From contig JANVYQ010000001.1 of the NCBI GenBank assembly GCA_030059675.1, positions 1 through 64,000 of the forward strand: DNA of 64,000 nt, given 5' to 3'. The position numbers and the translations under genes were made by a program. The DNA is from Candidatus Pelearchaeum maunauluense (GTDB taxonomy: Archaea > Thermoproteota > Nitrososphaeria_A > Caldarchaeales > Caldarchaeaceae). Shown piece after piece: positions 39,422 through 50,211 of this stretch; the first letter of the stretch is position 1, and the number at the start of each line of letters is the position of its first letter. The notes beneath the pieces were generated by a model. The model did no database searches. It was not told the origin of the DNA and saw only the letters and a program-made list of their open reading frames with translations.

Positions 39422-39980
39422 TTGCCAATCGATGTTCTGGGAATCCTGCTCGAATGCAGCTCTAATCTAAATCCCATTTACTTTTCAGGATTTCATCTTA
39501 GGGGGCTTTTCTATAAGGTTTTGAGGTCTTTTGACCCGGGTTTCGCTGGATGGCTTCATGGTTTTAGGGGTTTGGCTCCATTCTCTATCTCTCCTCTAAT
39601 GAAGATCGATTCAGGCACGTATATCTTCAGGATAACATCGTATTTGACCAAGCTTAGCGATGCCTTGATCAAGGCATTCTCCAAGACTGATGATGTTGAG
39701 CTATTGAATAGGAGATTTAGGGTTGTTGAGATCTCTTATAAGAGGTTGGATCTTGAGAGGTTTATGAGGGATTCCGTGCCTTATACGAGGTATGAGCTCG
39801 ACTTCCTATCCCCTACATGCTTTAGGAGACCATGCCCATATATCCCCCTCCACCTCATGGGATTCCTGGCAAGGATTATGAAGTTTATCGGTAGACCGAG
39901 ATCCCATTATAGGTTCCTGCCCCTGCCGGAGCCTATCCTAATGTTGAGAAATCTTAGGAGGCAGTGGCAGCAGTATGCTG
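39422..39980 (+). pseudogene. cas6: Cas6 endoribonuclease, 3'-truncated
   Basis: GFHLRGLFY, WLH...PFSISPL, LDFLSPTCFRR, PLPEP..MLRNL; C-terminal Gly-rich loop absent. Confidence 0.85.
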
Positions 39981-39981
39981 G

Positions 39982-40377
39982 GTTTATGTGCTACCGTAGC
40001 AGCTCAATATACTCCCTGCATAGCTCTAGAACTTTATGAGCATCAACCCTACCTTCCTCATACTCTCTTATGGTGCTCTCTATCTGCCTAATGAGCGCCC
40101 TACCAGCCTCATGCTCCCTCAATATCACCTCAATAGGACCACCTGCGCGACGCATACCCCGCGTCTCAAAACAGGGCAACAAACAACCCTCCTCCTTCCC
40201 ATGATGGTATCTATCAACATAAACACTGCTGAACTCTAAGACCCTAACTATAAAACTAACCTCAATAGCTCTAGGAGAATTTTTCCAGAAGTTGATTCTT
40301 TCCTCTAAAGCATTTAGTATGCGCAAGATAAATGTATGCTCTCGCCTCAATTGTGTAGAGGGAGAGTCTTTACTCAT
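39982..40377 (-). pseudogene. N-terminal half of split hemerythrin (HHE) gene
   Basis: LRREH, HHGKEEGCLLP, GPIEVILREH, then LLR*HIN running into cas6 DNA. Confidence 0.85.
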
Positions 40378-40438
40378 ATAGGGATAAATGCATAAAGGGG
40401 AGAGAGTTAAGTTTTCATGACGGAATCATTAATGATTT

Positions 40439-41566
40439 TTATATCTGTGAAGCAAACTTGGCCGTCACGTCCCAAGGCGTTATTATTAGCTGTTTATCAT
40501 GCGTTACTATGCAGTGGGCTTCGCTTGTTAGGAGCGCGCGTAAAACCGTTTTGATGTCTGTTTCTTGGTTTATTATCGCTGGTCTCCGCATGTAGCGCGT
40601 CATGTTGCTTATTGGTCTTGCGAGAACCTGTTGTGGGTTTTCTCTGAACTCGTCAACGGTAGGTCTTGGAAGCAGGTAGCGCGCTATGTCGCGGTCTGTG
40701 ATTATCATATCCATATCGCTCACCAACACGCGCCTAACCCCATTATACAACATGGCCTCAATTGCCTGTGTTACGCTAGCCTTGGAGTCAACCGATACTA
40801 TGCCCTTGGTCTCGACGTCTGATGCTCTTATCCTAGGGAGGCGGTCTATTACGTGGGGCTGGGCTAGTAGTTTTGCTATGTCTATCACGCCGATGACTGT
40901 TTTGACATCATCATTCTCCAGCACGAGGGCATAGCCCCAGCGCCTCTTGTGCATCCTATGGAGAAGTGATTCCAGCGATTCCGTTGGTGTTGTAAGAAAT
41001 GCTTTCCATCCCGTTAGGTAGCTGTCTGTAGTGTATATCGTTTTCCATACACTACCTATGTCGCCGCTTATTAGTAGTGAGATGAAGTTGTAGCCTGTGA
41101 ATACGCCGTGCGCGTGTTTACCCTGGCCTAGAACCGCCAAAGCCTGAGCGTCCAGCATGGCTAAATACATAGCAGCCATTATCACTGGATCTTCACACCT
41201 AACAAAATACAACTGCTCACCAGAGACTTTCAATACATCCGATACGAAGAGGTCTGAAAATATTGACGATTTACCTGTTGAAGCTTGTCGTGTGTTGGTT
41301 CTTTGTTCATGATTTGATATATTGCGAATGTCTATTCCCATTTTCTCAGCTAGTGTGCGTGCTTTTTCCGTGAAGCTCGGCGCTCTTATCTCGGCGTGGA
41401 TAGCACCAACATCCAGGGCTTTCACTCTAATCTTGAGTATGTCAATCTCGTTGCATTCATGGTCTATAACATCAACAACACGCTCAACCTCACCATCACC
41501 TATTACTTCAGAAAACTCGTGTATAACGCCAGACCTGCCCAGCAGTCGCCGTTCGTGGATTGACAT
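40439..41566 (-). CDS. Mrr/restriction-endonuclease-like N-terminal domain fused to CBS domains
   Basis: GRSGVIHEFS...KALDVG...ARTLAEKMGI, then CBS motifs (AIEAMLYNGVRRVLV, IITDRDI, IITPWDV). Confidence 0.65.
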   Translation of the reverse strand: MSIHERRLLGRSGVIHEFSEVIGDGEVERVVDVIDHECNEIDILKIRVKALDVGAIHAEIRAPSFTEKARTLAEKMGIDIRNISNHEQRTNTRQASTGKSSIFSDLFVSDVLKVSGEQLYFVRCEDPVIMAAMYLAMLDAQALAVLGQGKHAHGVFTGYNFISLLISGDIGSVWKTIYTTDSYLTGWKAFLTTPTESLESLLHRMHKRRWGYALVLENDDVKTVIGVIDIAKLLAQPHVIDRLPRIRASDVETKGIVSVDSKASVTQAIEAMLYNGVRRVLVSDMDMIITDRDIARYLLPRPTVDEFRENPQQVLARPISNMTRYMRRPAIINQETDIKTVLRALLTSEAHCIVTHDKQLIITPWDVTAKFASQI

Positions 41567-41709
41567 ATAGTTATTACCTTAAGAAAGCCGACGAAACTTT
41601 AGCTATAAATGTATTTGCTAAATAAGAATGGAAACTTCTCTTTTTGTGTTGATTTCTCCGATATTTAAACGCATTAAAATAAATGCAGTATAATTATGGG
41701 ATTATTGTG

Positions 41710-43113
41710 TTATGATGGTTTCCGTCTGTAGTGCTTCTGTATGTGTTCCGCCTTTATCTTCGTCAGCTCCGATTCTGGGAGCGCCGATAATATATCCCAA
41801 GCTATGTCTAGGGTTTGGTCTAGTGTACGGTTCTCGTCATATCCCTGTCTGAGGAAACGCTGCTCAAAGAGGTCTCCGAACTCCAGGTATCGTAGGTCTA
41901 TCTCCGAGAGCCCCGACCTGCCTACTATCTCGGCGAGAGCCCTTAGCTGCACAGCCCTGGCGTAGGCAGCGTAGAGCTGGTTGCTCACATCGCCGTGGTC
42001 TGCCCTTGTGCGCTTCTCCGCTATGATTCCAGGCCCCATGAGCCTGCTCAGCGACATTAGCACGTTAATCGGCGGGTAGATGCCCTTCCTGAAGAGGTCG
42101 CGGCTCAGGACTATCTGCCCCTCCGTTATGTAGCCCGTGAGGTCTGGAATCGGGTGGGTGATGTCGTCGCTGGGCATGCTGAGTATGGGCATCTGCGTCA
42201 AGCTCCCCTTCAAGCCCTTAATCCTGCCAGCACGCTCATACAGCGAGGCCAGGTCGGTGTACATGTATCCTGGATAGCCCTTCCTGCCAGGCACCTCCTC
42301 GCGCGCGGCGCTTATCTCGCGGAGCGCCTCGCAGTAGTTTGTGATGTCCGTCGTGATTACTAGGACGTGGTAGCCCTGCTTGAATGCCAGGTATTCCGCT
42401 AGGGTGAGCGCTATTCTGGGCGTAATTATACGCTCTATCGCTGGGTCGTCTGCCAGGTTTAGGAAGAGTGTGCTCCTGCTTATCGCTCCGCTCTCCTCTA
42501 GGCTCTCGCGGAAGAAGCGCGCCTCGTCGTTCTGAACTCCGACGGCAGCAAATATAACGGCGAACTCCTCCTCCTTCCCAGGGACTGTTGCCTGCCTAGC
42601 TATCTGCGCAGCGAGCCTGTTATGCGGCAGGCCTGCGCCTGAGAATATGGGGAGCTTCTGCCCCCTAACCAGGCTATTCATACCATCTATCGCCGAGATC
42701 CCCGTCTGGATGAAGTCCGACGGATACTCGCGGCGCGCTGGGTTTATCGGGTCTCCGTTTATGTCGCGGAACTCGTCAGCCAGAGGCTCTGGCAAGCCAT
42801 CCAGAGGCCTTCCCAGACCATCAAAGATTCTGCCCAGCATGTCTGTTGAGACGCCTATCTCCATAGTCCTGCCCAGGAAACGGGCCTTTGTGCCAGCTAT
42901 CCCGAGGCCCTGCGTCCCCTCAAAGACCTGTACTAAGGCTCTGCCCTCGCCTACTTCTAGAACCCTGCCCAGCCTGCGCTCTCCGTCGGCCGTCTCTATC
43001 TCCACAAGCTCATCATACGACGCGCCGCTTACACCCTGGACAACCATCAGCGGGCCCTTAACCTCCGCGATGGAGGTATACTCAACACCCGCAGCCTGTC
43101 TAGCGCGCGACAA
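41710..43113 (-). CDS. atpB: A/V-type ATP synthase subunit B
   Basis: [41 protein letters not shown]. Confidence 0.97.
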   Translation of the reverse strand: MSRARQAAGVEYTSIAEVKGPLMVVQGVSGASYDELVEIETADGERRLGRVLEVGEGRALVQVFEGTQGLGIAGTKARFLGRTMEIGVSTDMLGRIFDGLGRPLDGLPEPLADEFRDINGDPINPARREYPSDFIQTGISAIDGMNSLVRGQKLPIFSGAGLPHNRLAAQIARQATVPGKEEEFAVIFAAVGVQNDEARFFRESLEESGAISRSTLFLNLADDPAIERIITPRIALTLAEYLAFKQGYHVLVITTDITNYCEALREISAAREEVPGRKGYPGYMYTDLASLYERAGRIKGLKGSLTQMPILSMPSDDITHPIPDLTGYITEGQIVLSRDLFRKGIYPPINVLMSLSRLMGPGIIAEKRTRADHGDVSNQLYAAYARAVQLRALAEIVGRSGLSEIDLRYLEFGDLFEQRFLRQGYDENRTLDQTLDIAWDILSALPESELTKIKAEHIQKHYRRKPS

Positions 43114-43158
43114 CCCTTAAGCACCTTACCTCATGAGTGGTATGTGGCTATTTCTAGC

Positions 43159-44943
43159 TTATGCGGAGACGGGTGTCTCCGTCGCGAGTTTCCTGAAGCT
43201 CTCCTCCACGCTCCTCTCCAGCTCGTCAATCTCATGCAAGGCATCGTTCCTAACCTCGTACTTCGCTCTTATCATCCTAGCTATTATCGGCAGCGCCCTT
43301 ATGCTGCTCAGCTGAACCCCCCGCCTGAGAGCCTCCTCAGCCAGCTTGTGGAACTTCACAAAGAGTCTTAGGAGCTTGACCTGCTTGGGCGGTGGGCAGT
43401 ACGCGTCAACCTCATCGTAGGCGCTCTGCTGTAGGTAGCCCTCGCGTATCATCCTAGCAACGTCAAGTATCAGCTTCTCCTCGTCGGGGAGAGCCTCTGG
43501 GCCTAGCAGCCTAACTATCTCCAGAAGCTCCTCCTCGCGCTGGAGAAGCCTATAAGCCTCGTGGCGAAGCTCCAGCCACTCCTGGCTCACGTCAGAATGC
43601 CACCACTTGCTGACAGTCTCCACATAAGCCGAATATGATGTTATCCAGTTTATCGCTGGATAGTGCCGCGTGTAAGCGAGGTTAGCGTCAAGCGCCCAGA
43701 ATGTCCTGATGAAGCGCATCGTGTGGGTTGTCACTGGCTCTGTGAAGTCTCCTCCTGGCGGGCTCACCGCACCAACGAGTGTTACGCTCCCCACGCGCGG
43801 CGGTTTGCCCAACGTATTCACCCTCCCAGCCCTCTCGTAGAACTCAGCCAGCCTACTCGCGAGGTAGCTGGGATAACCCTCCTCAGCAGGCATCTCCTCA
43901 AGCCTCCCACTAATCTCGCGGAGCGCCTCAGCCCACCTACTAGTAGAGTCTGCAACCAGCAGGACATCATAGCCCATGTCGCGGTAGAACTCAGCCATGG
44001 TTACACCCGTGTATATACTTGCCTCGCGAGCCGCTACCGGCATGTTGCTGGTGTTAGCTATAAGCACGGTCCTCTCCATAAGCGGCCTACCCGTAGCTGG
44101 GTCGGTAAGCTCAGGGAACTTGGTCAGAACCTCAGACTCCTCATTACCCCGCTCACCACAGCCAATGTGGAAGATTACCTTGGCATCACTCCACTTAGCC
44201 AGCTGGTGGAGCGTAACCGTCTTACCCGTTCCGAATGCTCCTGGTATGCAGCCTGTTCCTCCTTTGGCCATTGGGAAGAATGTGTCTATGACGCGCTGGC
44301 CTGTTATGAGTGGTACTTCTGGGTTTAGGCGGCTCTTGAATGGCCTTGCGCGCCTGACTGGCCATCTATGGTATAGCTTCAGCTCGTTCTTGCCCTCCTT
44401 GGTCTCCACCGTCGCTATAACATCCTCTATCGTGTATTCACCTTCTCCAGCTATGTCGGTAATCTTCCCAGGCTTGGCGTCAGGTGGGACCATTATCCTA
44501 GTCTCTATCAGTGGCGTCTCCTTAACCGTCCCTATGATGTCGTTGGGCCCTACCTCGTCGCCCTTCTTTACCGTTGGTGTGAAGTGCCACTTCTTGTCGC
44601 GGGGGAGTGGGTCTACCTGTATCCCCCTCCGTATGAAGCCACTCTTGCTCACTTCGGCTATCCTGTCCAAGGGGCGTTGAACGCCGTCGTAGACGCTTCC
44701 TATCATACCAGGGCCTAGGGCTACCGAGAGGGGGAGGCCAGTCGCTATAACAGGCTCCCCTGGCTTGAGGCCGCTGGTGTTCTCATATACCTGGATGAAG
44801 GCTATGTCTCCTGTTAGCTTGATTATCTCCCCTATGAGACGCTCCTCACCAACGTAAACGGTCTCATACATCTTAGCCCCCATCATCCCGTCTGCGCGCA
44901 CAGCAGGCCCAGCTACCCAGATTATCCTACCCTTCGGAGGCAA
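43159..44943 (-). CDS. atpA: A/V-type ATP synthase subunit A
   Basis: [35 protein letters not shown]. Confidence 0.97.
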   Translation of the reverse strand: MPPKGRIIWVAGPAVRADGMMGAKMYETVYVGEERLIGEIIKLTGDIAFIQVYENTSGLKPGEPVIATGLPLSVALGPGMIGSVYDGVQRPLDRIAEVSKSGFIRRGIQVDPLPRDKKWHFTPTVKKGDEVGPNDIIGTVKETPLIETRIMVPPDAKPGKITDIAGEGEYTIEDVIATVETKEGKNELKLYHRWPVRRARPFKSRLNPEVPLITGQRVIDTFFPMAKGGTGCIPGAFGTGKTVTLHQLAKWSDAKVIFHIGCGERGNEESEVLTKFPELTDPATGRPLMERTVLIANTSNMPVAAREASIYTGVTMAEFYRDMGYDVLLVADSTSRWAEALREISGRLEEMPAEEGYPSYLASRLAEFYERAGRVNTLGKPPRVGSVTLVGAVSPPGGDFTEPVTTHTMRFIRTFWALDANLAYTRHYPAINWITSYSAYVETVSKWWHSDVSQEWLELRHEAYRLLQREEELLEIVRLLGPEALPDEEKLILDVARMIREGYLQQSAYDEVDAYCPPPKQVKLLRLFVKFHKLAEEALRRGVQLSSIRALPIIARMIRAKYEVRNDALHEIDELERSVEESFRKLATETPVSA

Positions 44944-45050
44944 ACCATCACCTCACCACGTCGTCGGTTGATTTGCCATATTCAACTTTTAAGTCATTCC
45001 CCGCCTAGGGATGCGATTATAGGGGCCTAGACGTATCCCTGTAATTTCGT

Positions 45051-46418
45051 TTACTTCAATTTTAGCGGTTCAACGGCTTCTGGTGGTGAGGCGCCTAGCC
45101 TCTCCCATAGACGCTCAACAGCCCCCAGAACCTCCTTCTCGGCCTCTTCCTGCGCAACCTTCAGCAGGCGTTGATTCTCCGCTATAAGCTCGCCATCCAC
45201 GAAGACATGCGTTACGTCCCCGCCTTTTATCCCGTTGACTATGTAGTTGTATGGTGAGCCTGTGAGTGGTGTGGCCAGGATTTTGGGCCGTATTATGATG
45301 ATGTCTGCTTTCTTCCCTGGCTCTAGGGAGCCCAGCTCTCTAAGGCCATAGGCGCGGGCTGCATCCACCGTGGCCATCTCCACCATCTTCTGCGCCGAGA
45401 CAACACCAGGGTCGCGGCGCGCTACTCTGTGAAGTAGGAAGCAGGAGCGCATGTTCTCAAACATGTCAAAGACGTACCCGTCGTTCCCAAGGCTTACGTT
45501 AACACCGTTAGCCAGCATCTCTGGCAACGGCTGCACACCAACGGCGTTGAGCATGTTGCTCATAGGGTTGTGCGCGACGTTGGTCTTCGTCTCGCTGAGC
45601 AGTTTTATCTCCTCAACGCTTAGATGGACGCAGTGAGCCAACACCGCGCGCTCAGAGAGGAGACCAACATCACGCAGCCGCTCAACCGTCCTCTTACCAT
45701 ATCTCTCTATGTTGTGGTAAACGTCGTTGGGGCCTTCCGAGACGTGTATGGTTAGTGGGGCGTTGTATTTCTCGGCCGCCTCAACTCCAGACCTTATGAG
45801 GTCGTCGCTAATCGTGAATGATGCGTGTAGGCTTATCATGCCTATTGCTCTTCCTTTGTCGCCGCGTTTGAGGAACCGTATATTCTCCCCAAGGCCGCGG
45901 CGTCCCTCTTCCTCGCTTCTTCTCTCGGTTGCCTCAAATGAGATTACCCCGCGTATTCCTACCCTATTCACCGCCTCCGCTATCCTGTCCAGCGAGCCTT
46001 CTATTCCGTTGGGTGCTGAGTATGTGTCGGCGAAGGTTGTTGTTCCGCTTAGGGCGAACTCCATGCACGCCGCGAGCGCTGTTGCGTATGCGTCGTCATT
46101 ATTCAGCTTCTCGTCAAGCGGCCACCATACGCGCTGGAGTATCTGGAGGAAGTCGCTGGGCTGCTTTATGTTGAGCGCAGCCCCTCTAAGGGCTATTCCG
46201 TATAGATGCGTATGTGCGCATATCAGTCCAGGCATCACTATGCTATTACGTGCTTCAATAATCCTGTCAGGCTTTCCATAGCGTAGAACCTCATCCACTC
46301 CCCCTACTGCAGCTATCCTATCGCCCTCAATCATCACAGCGCCTCCACCCACCACGCGGCGGCCAGCATCCATGGTAACAACTAGCCCATCCCTGATGAG
46401 CGTCCTCTCGCTAGGCAT
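45051..46418 (-). CDS. Amidohydrolase (nucleobase/nucleoside deaminase, SsnA/MtaD-like)
   Basis: AHTH, HVSE, HC, LGND. Confidence 0.85.
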   Translation of the reverse strand: MPSERTLIRDGLVVTMDAGRRVVGGGAVMIEGDRIAAVGGVDEVLRYGKPDRIIEARNSIVMPGLICAHTHLYGIALRGAALNIKQPSDFLQILQRVWWPLDEKLNNDDAYATALAACMEFALSGTTTFADTYSAPNGIEGSLDRIAEAVNRVGIRGVISFEATERRSEEEGRRGLGENIRFLKRGDKGRAIGMISLHASFTISDDLIRSGVEAAEKYNAPLTIHVSEGPNDVYHNIERYGKRTVERLRDVGLLSERAVLAHCVHLSVEEIKLLSETKTNVAHNPMSNMLNAVGVQPLPEMLANGVNVSLGNDGYVFDMFENMRSCFLLHRVARRDPGVVSAQKMVEMATVDAARAYGLRELGSLEPGKKADIIIIRPKILATPLTGSPYNYIVNGIKGGDVTHVFVDGELIAENQRLLKVAQEEAEKEVLGAVERLWERLGASPPEAVEPLKLK

Positions 46419-46433
46419 CCAGCTACACCAACA

Positions 46434-47441
46434 CTATACTGATGCTATCTTCTTGATTACGTACTCGGCGTTTCCGCTCAGCGGGAGTAGTAGCGGCGAC
46501 GTGCAGCCGTGTTGCATGTATTCCTCGACCTTGGCCTTCACATCCTCAACTGTTCCTGAAGCGGTTATCAGCCTTACAACATCATCGGGAACTATCTCGC
46601 TGGCCTTCTCAATACCTCCAGGCTTAGCTGGCCAGCCCCCCATCACTTCCTGAACCTCCCTAATCAAATCCTCACTAACGCCACTGGCTTTCATGATATG
46701 CGGCTGCTGGCCCAGCGTCATGGTAACATGCTTCTTCGCCAGCTTTATCGCCTTGTCAGCATCCTCCTCCATGGAGCAGGCTATAAGCTGCGGCCTGTCT
46801 ATCTCTTCCAGCTTTCTGCCAGCCTTTGCTGCTCCCTCCCTGATGCGCTCAAGAGCCTTGTCGTTATACTGTGGTGAGACTAGGTAGTTTAGGAGCACTC
46901 CATCAGCTATCTCGCCTGCTAGGCGCATCATCTCAAAGCCTGTAGCGCCGATGTATATCGGAATATTGCGCGGCTTCTCCCCAGCTCCGTGAAGCACATC
47001 TAGGCGAACTCCACGCATCTTGACAAACTCGCCCTCGTAATCTACGGTCTCCATCCTGAAGAGCCGCCGTATAACCTCTACATACTCCCGCATACACTTC
47101 AACGGCTTCTTCCTCTCAATCCCAACCTTCCACGCCAGCGGATCCCACCAGGCGCCGAGGCCCAGCATCACGCGCCCGTCAGAGAGCTCGTCAAGCGTGG
47201 CGAAGGTCTGGGCTATGAGGGCGGCGTTCCTAGTCCATGTGTTTACCACACCAGCCCCTATCTTGATTCTCTTGGTATCGGTAGCTATCGCGGCCATCGG
47301 TATTAGGGCATCCCTAGCAAGCCTTGACTCGGCAATCCATACAGACTCAAACCCATTCTCCTCGGCAATCTGAGAATACCTAACCATCTCCCGCACATGC
47401 ATATCCTGCAAATAGAGGCCTAAGCGTGGAATTGAAGCCAT
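46434..47441 (-). CDS. LLM-class flavin/F420-dependent oxidoreductase (Mer-like)
   Basis: GFESVWIAE, LDELSDGRVMLGLG, PIYIGATG, AGEIADGV. Confidence 0.85.
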   Translation of the reverse strand: MASIPRLGLYLQDMHVREMVRYSQIAEENGFESVWIAESRLARDALIPMAAIATDTKRIKIGAGVVNTWTRNAALIAQTFATLDELSDGRVMLGLGAWWDPLAWKVGIERKKPLKCMREYVEVIRRLFRMETVDYEGEFVKMRGVRLDVLHGAGEKPRNIPIYIGATGFEMMRLAGEIADGVLLNYLVSPQYNDKALERIREGAAKAGRKLEEIDRPQLIACSMEEDADKAIKLAKKHVTMTLGQQPHIMKASGVSEDLIREVQEVMGGWPAKPGGIEKASEIVPDDVVRLITASGTVEDVKAKVEEYMQHGCTSPLLLPLSGNAEYVIKKIASV

Positions 47442-47530
47442 AACACCAAAAACCAAACACTACGTAATAATCATTACCCACGAATCCTATCAAGCTTTAT
47501 CCGCGCAATCTTGGATAAGTTCCACTTACC

Positions 47531-47920
47531 TTATTTATTCACCAATACATAATTCTCATCCACAAGTCTCTGAAAGAGCTTCTCAACGTATCCCTTAAAA
47601 CCTATCCTATCGTAGAGAACCCTATAACCCAGCACCAAGCCGGAGAGAAACGTACCAGGCTTTAGATTATCTTGAAACTGCCTAACATCCATTACATGGA
47701 CATCAAAGGCTCTACTTCCTCCGCTGGCTCTTAGTAGCTTTATGCTTAGCTCCGTCTCCTTAGACAGCTTCTTCTCAAAACTTAGCTCCTCATCAACAAC
47801 TACTAAAACATCAATATCGCCAGACCGTATATCATAATATACACTACTCCCAAACACAGCGACAACCAATAACCTACCCCCGAACAACTCCCTAGCGCTA
47901 CTCACTACACTGTTAAACAT
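47531..47920 (-). CDS. Minimal nucleotidyltransferase (possibly prematurely stopped)
   Basis: VFGS...GDIDVLVV. Confidence 0.8.
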   Translation of the reverse strand: MFNSVVSSARELFGGRLLVVAVFGSSVYYDIRSGDIDVLVVVDEELSFEKKLSKETELSIKLLRASGGSRAFDVHVMDVRQFQDNLKPGTFLSGLVLGYRVLYDRIGFKGYVEKLFQRLVDENYVLVNK

Positions 47921-48347
47921 CTATGCCGTTTCTCCTCAGGTATGTTAGAACAGCCTCAACAACCTTCCCAGCCATTTCAATAGCGTTAGAAGATTTCTCT
48001 GCATTAACGTATTCTGACGGAGATACTACATCCTCATTCAAGATGAATGGATACCTGCTCCTAGTATAGTATTCCTGCAACTTTTCCAACGCTTCCAGAA
48101 TAATGTTGAAATTCTCCTCTCATTCATCTTGGAATATCTTCAGAAACTCGTTGGCAAGGCGTGGGCCATAATTATAGATATACTCACCCCGCGATTCAAT
48201 CATAGCCTTAACCGCCTTCTCTACCGATTGCTGAGCGAAGAAGACGGCGGATGGAAAATCACCCATACCATGCACCTTCTTAGCCCTCTCCAAGTCTTTG
48301 ATGGCCTAGCGCATATATTCGCGGGCGAATTTTCTGAATAGACTCAT
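47913..48347 (-). pseudogene. HEPN domain pseudogene
   Basis: Manual translation ...AVFFAQQSVEKAVKA...YTRSRYP; in-frame TAG at 48306-48308 and TGA at 48120-48122. Confidence 0.85.
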
Positions 48348-48367
48348 AATTCTGATGGATAAGTTAT

Positions 48368-50140
48368 CTACTCAGCCAGCCAGGGTACGAATTTCTGCTG
48401 ATTCACGTCGAATATTCCTTTGTCGGTTATTCTTGCGTGTGGGATTACTGAAAGGGTTAGTAGGTTGGGGAGAGGCATGTATGGGTGGTCTAGCACGCCC
48501 ATCTCCTTGAATGCCCTTCTCAGGTTCTTCATCTTCTCCGCTATCGTCTCGAAATTCTCCTCCGACATCAGTCCTGCTACTGGTAGCTCAATCTTTGCCA
48601 ACACCTTGGAGTTCTTTACGGCGGCTATTCCTCCTCGGCTCTCAATCACCAGCGAGGCTGCTCTATGCATGTCGCGCGTATCTGTTCCCACTACTATGAG
48701 ATTATGCGCATCGTGAGCGACTGTTGAGGCTATCGCTCCCTGTTTGATTAGGTTGCGTGCAAATCCCACCCCCCTGCCACCTGTCTTCCCATGCCTCTCA
48801 AAGACCAGCACCAACGCTATATTGTCCAGAACAAACCTGCCGTCCCTAACCTCGATCTCAACACGTCCAATTCTGGTGAGAATCATCTCTAGGAAAGCTG
48901 CGGCGGGGTTCTCAAGCTCACCAGAGTAGGAGGCGAAGTCTATCGCGTTGACGGCTACCTTACCGTTCTGTATGGGTGGCTTCACTTCAAAGTCCCTCTC
49001 GCTTAGGGCGAGGAGCTTCACCGTGTCCAGAGCTCTACGGTCAAACCTCCTCTCTGGAATCTCCACAACCAGCCGCCCATCCTTGGCCACGACCCTACCA
49101 TCTGCTATGACCATGCTAACGCTGAACTTCTCCAAGCTCCTTAGAAGAACAATGTCAGCAACCTTCCCAGGAGCTATAGCGCCTAAGTTAAACATACGCA
49201 TATGCAGCGCAGGCCTGAGCGTAGCGCTCCTAACAGCCTCTACAGGGTCCATACCAGCCTCAATAACAGCCCTGATGACGTGGTCAAGATGCCCAGTCTC
49301 GCGCAGGTTATCAGGCATAACGTCGTCTGTTACCAGGATAATGTTCCAGGGGTTTGGAAGCTTCTTAAGCTCTGCTATGAATTTCTTGACGTCTAGTATG
49401 TAGGGGCCGCGTAGTTTTAGGTACATCCCAGCCCTAAGCTTCTCTAAAGCGGTCTCTACGGTGAAGTTTTCGTGGTCTGCCTCTGGGCCTGCAGCAGCGT
49501 AGGCGTTTAGCCTAGCTCCTGAGAGGAGGACGCAGTGGCCGTCTATCACAGCCCCGCGCCTATGCCCTATCTCAATCATGCGTATCATCTTCGGGCTGTT
49601 GGAAAGAACCCCCTCATAGTCCATCACCTCTCCCAGGCCAACGATTCCATCCCAACCAAGCATCTCCTCAACATCTTCAGGCGTTATCTCGGCACCAGCG
49701 GTTACCGCCTGCGACTCCGGAACACAGGTGGGCGCGAAGAAGTATATCTTGAGCGGAAGGCCGCGGCCGTTCTCCAGCATCATGCGCACACCCTCCTTGC
49801 CAAGCACATTCGCTATCTCATGCGGGTCCGCGCATACTGTGGTGGTTCCGCGTGGGAGCACAGCCTCCGCGAACCTTGCTGGCGTTATCATGCTACTCTC
49901 TATATGGAGGTGCGTGTCTATCAGGCCTGGAACCGCTATAGCCCCGTCCCCATCTATAACCTCATCAGCATCCCGCACCTCATCACCAACATAAACAATC
50001 CTATCACGGTAAACACCAATACCAGACCTCAGTATCTCGCCTGAAAAGACGTTAAGCACATCCACATTCTTTATGAAGAGCGTCAGCCTCCTCTTCCCAA
50101 GCGCTGCCTCAATAATCTCAGAAACACTCGGCTGCGACAT
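48368..50140 (-). CDS. ade: Adenine deaminase
   Basis: DTHLHIESS, DPHEIANV, DGH, DHE, TDD, AHDAHN. Confidence 0.93.
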   Translation of the reverse strand: MSQPSVSEIIEAALGKRRLTLFIKNVDVLNVFSGEILRSGIGVYRDRIVYVGDEVRDADEVIDGDGAIAVPGLIDTHLHIESSMITPARFAEAVLPRGTTTVCADPHEIANVLGKEGVRMMLENGRGLPLKIYFFAPTCVPESQAVTAGAEITPEDVEEMLGWDGIVGLGEVMDYEGVLSNSPKMIRMIEIGHRRGAVIDGHCVLLSGARLNAYAAAGPEADHENFTVETALEKLRAGMYLKLRGPYILDVKKFIAELKKLPNPWNIILVTDDVMPDNLRETGHLDHVIRAVIEAGMDPVEAVRSATLRPALHMRMFNLGAIAPGKVADIVLLRSLEKFSVSMVIADGRVVAKDGRLVVEIPERRFDRRALDTVKLLALSERDFEVKPPIQNGKVAVNAIDFASYSGELENPAAAFLEMILTRIGRVEIEVRDGRFVLDNIALVLVFERHGKTGGRGVGFARNLIKQGAIASTVAHDAHNLIVVGTDTRDMHRAASLVIESRGGIAAVKNSKVLAKIELPVAGLMSEENFETIAEKMKNLRRAFKEMGVLDHPYMPLPNLLTLSVIPHARITDKGIFDVNQQKFVPWLAE

Positions 50141-50211
50141 TTTCCGACTTTCCAGTAGATGTTCTTATAAAGATTTAGGGGTCGTCTTTTTAACGCTTTT
50201 AAGTTATGTAC

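Noticed and set aside
43159-44943. Intein in ATP synthase subunit A
   Set aside because: Normal length of 594 aa and an uninterrupted P-loop region.
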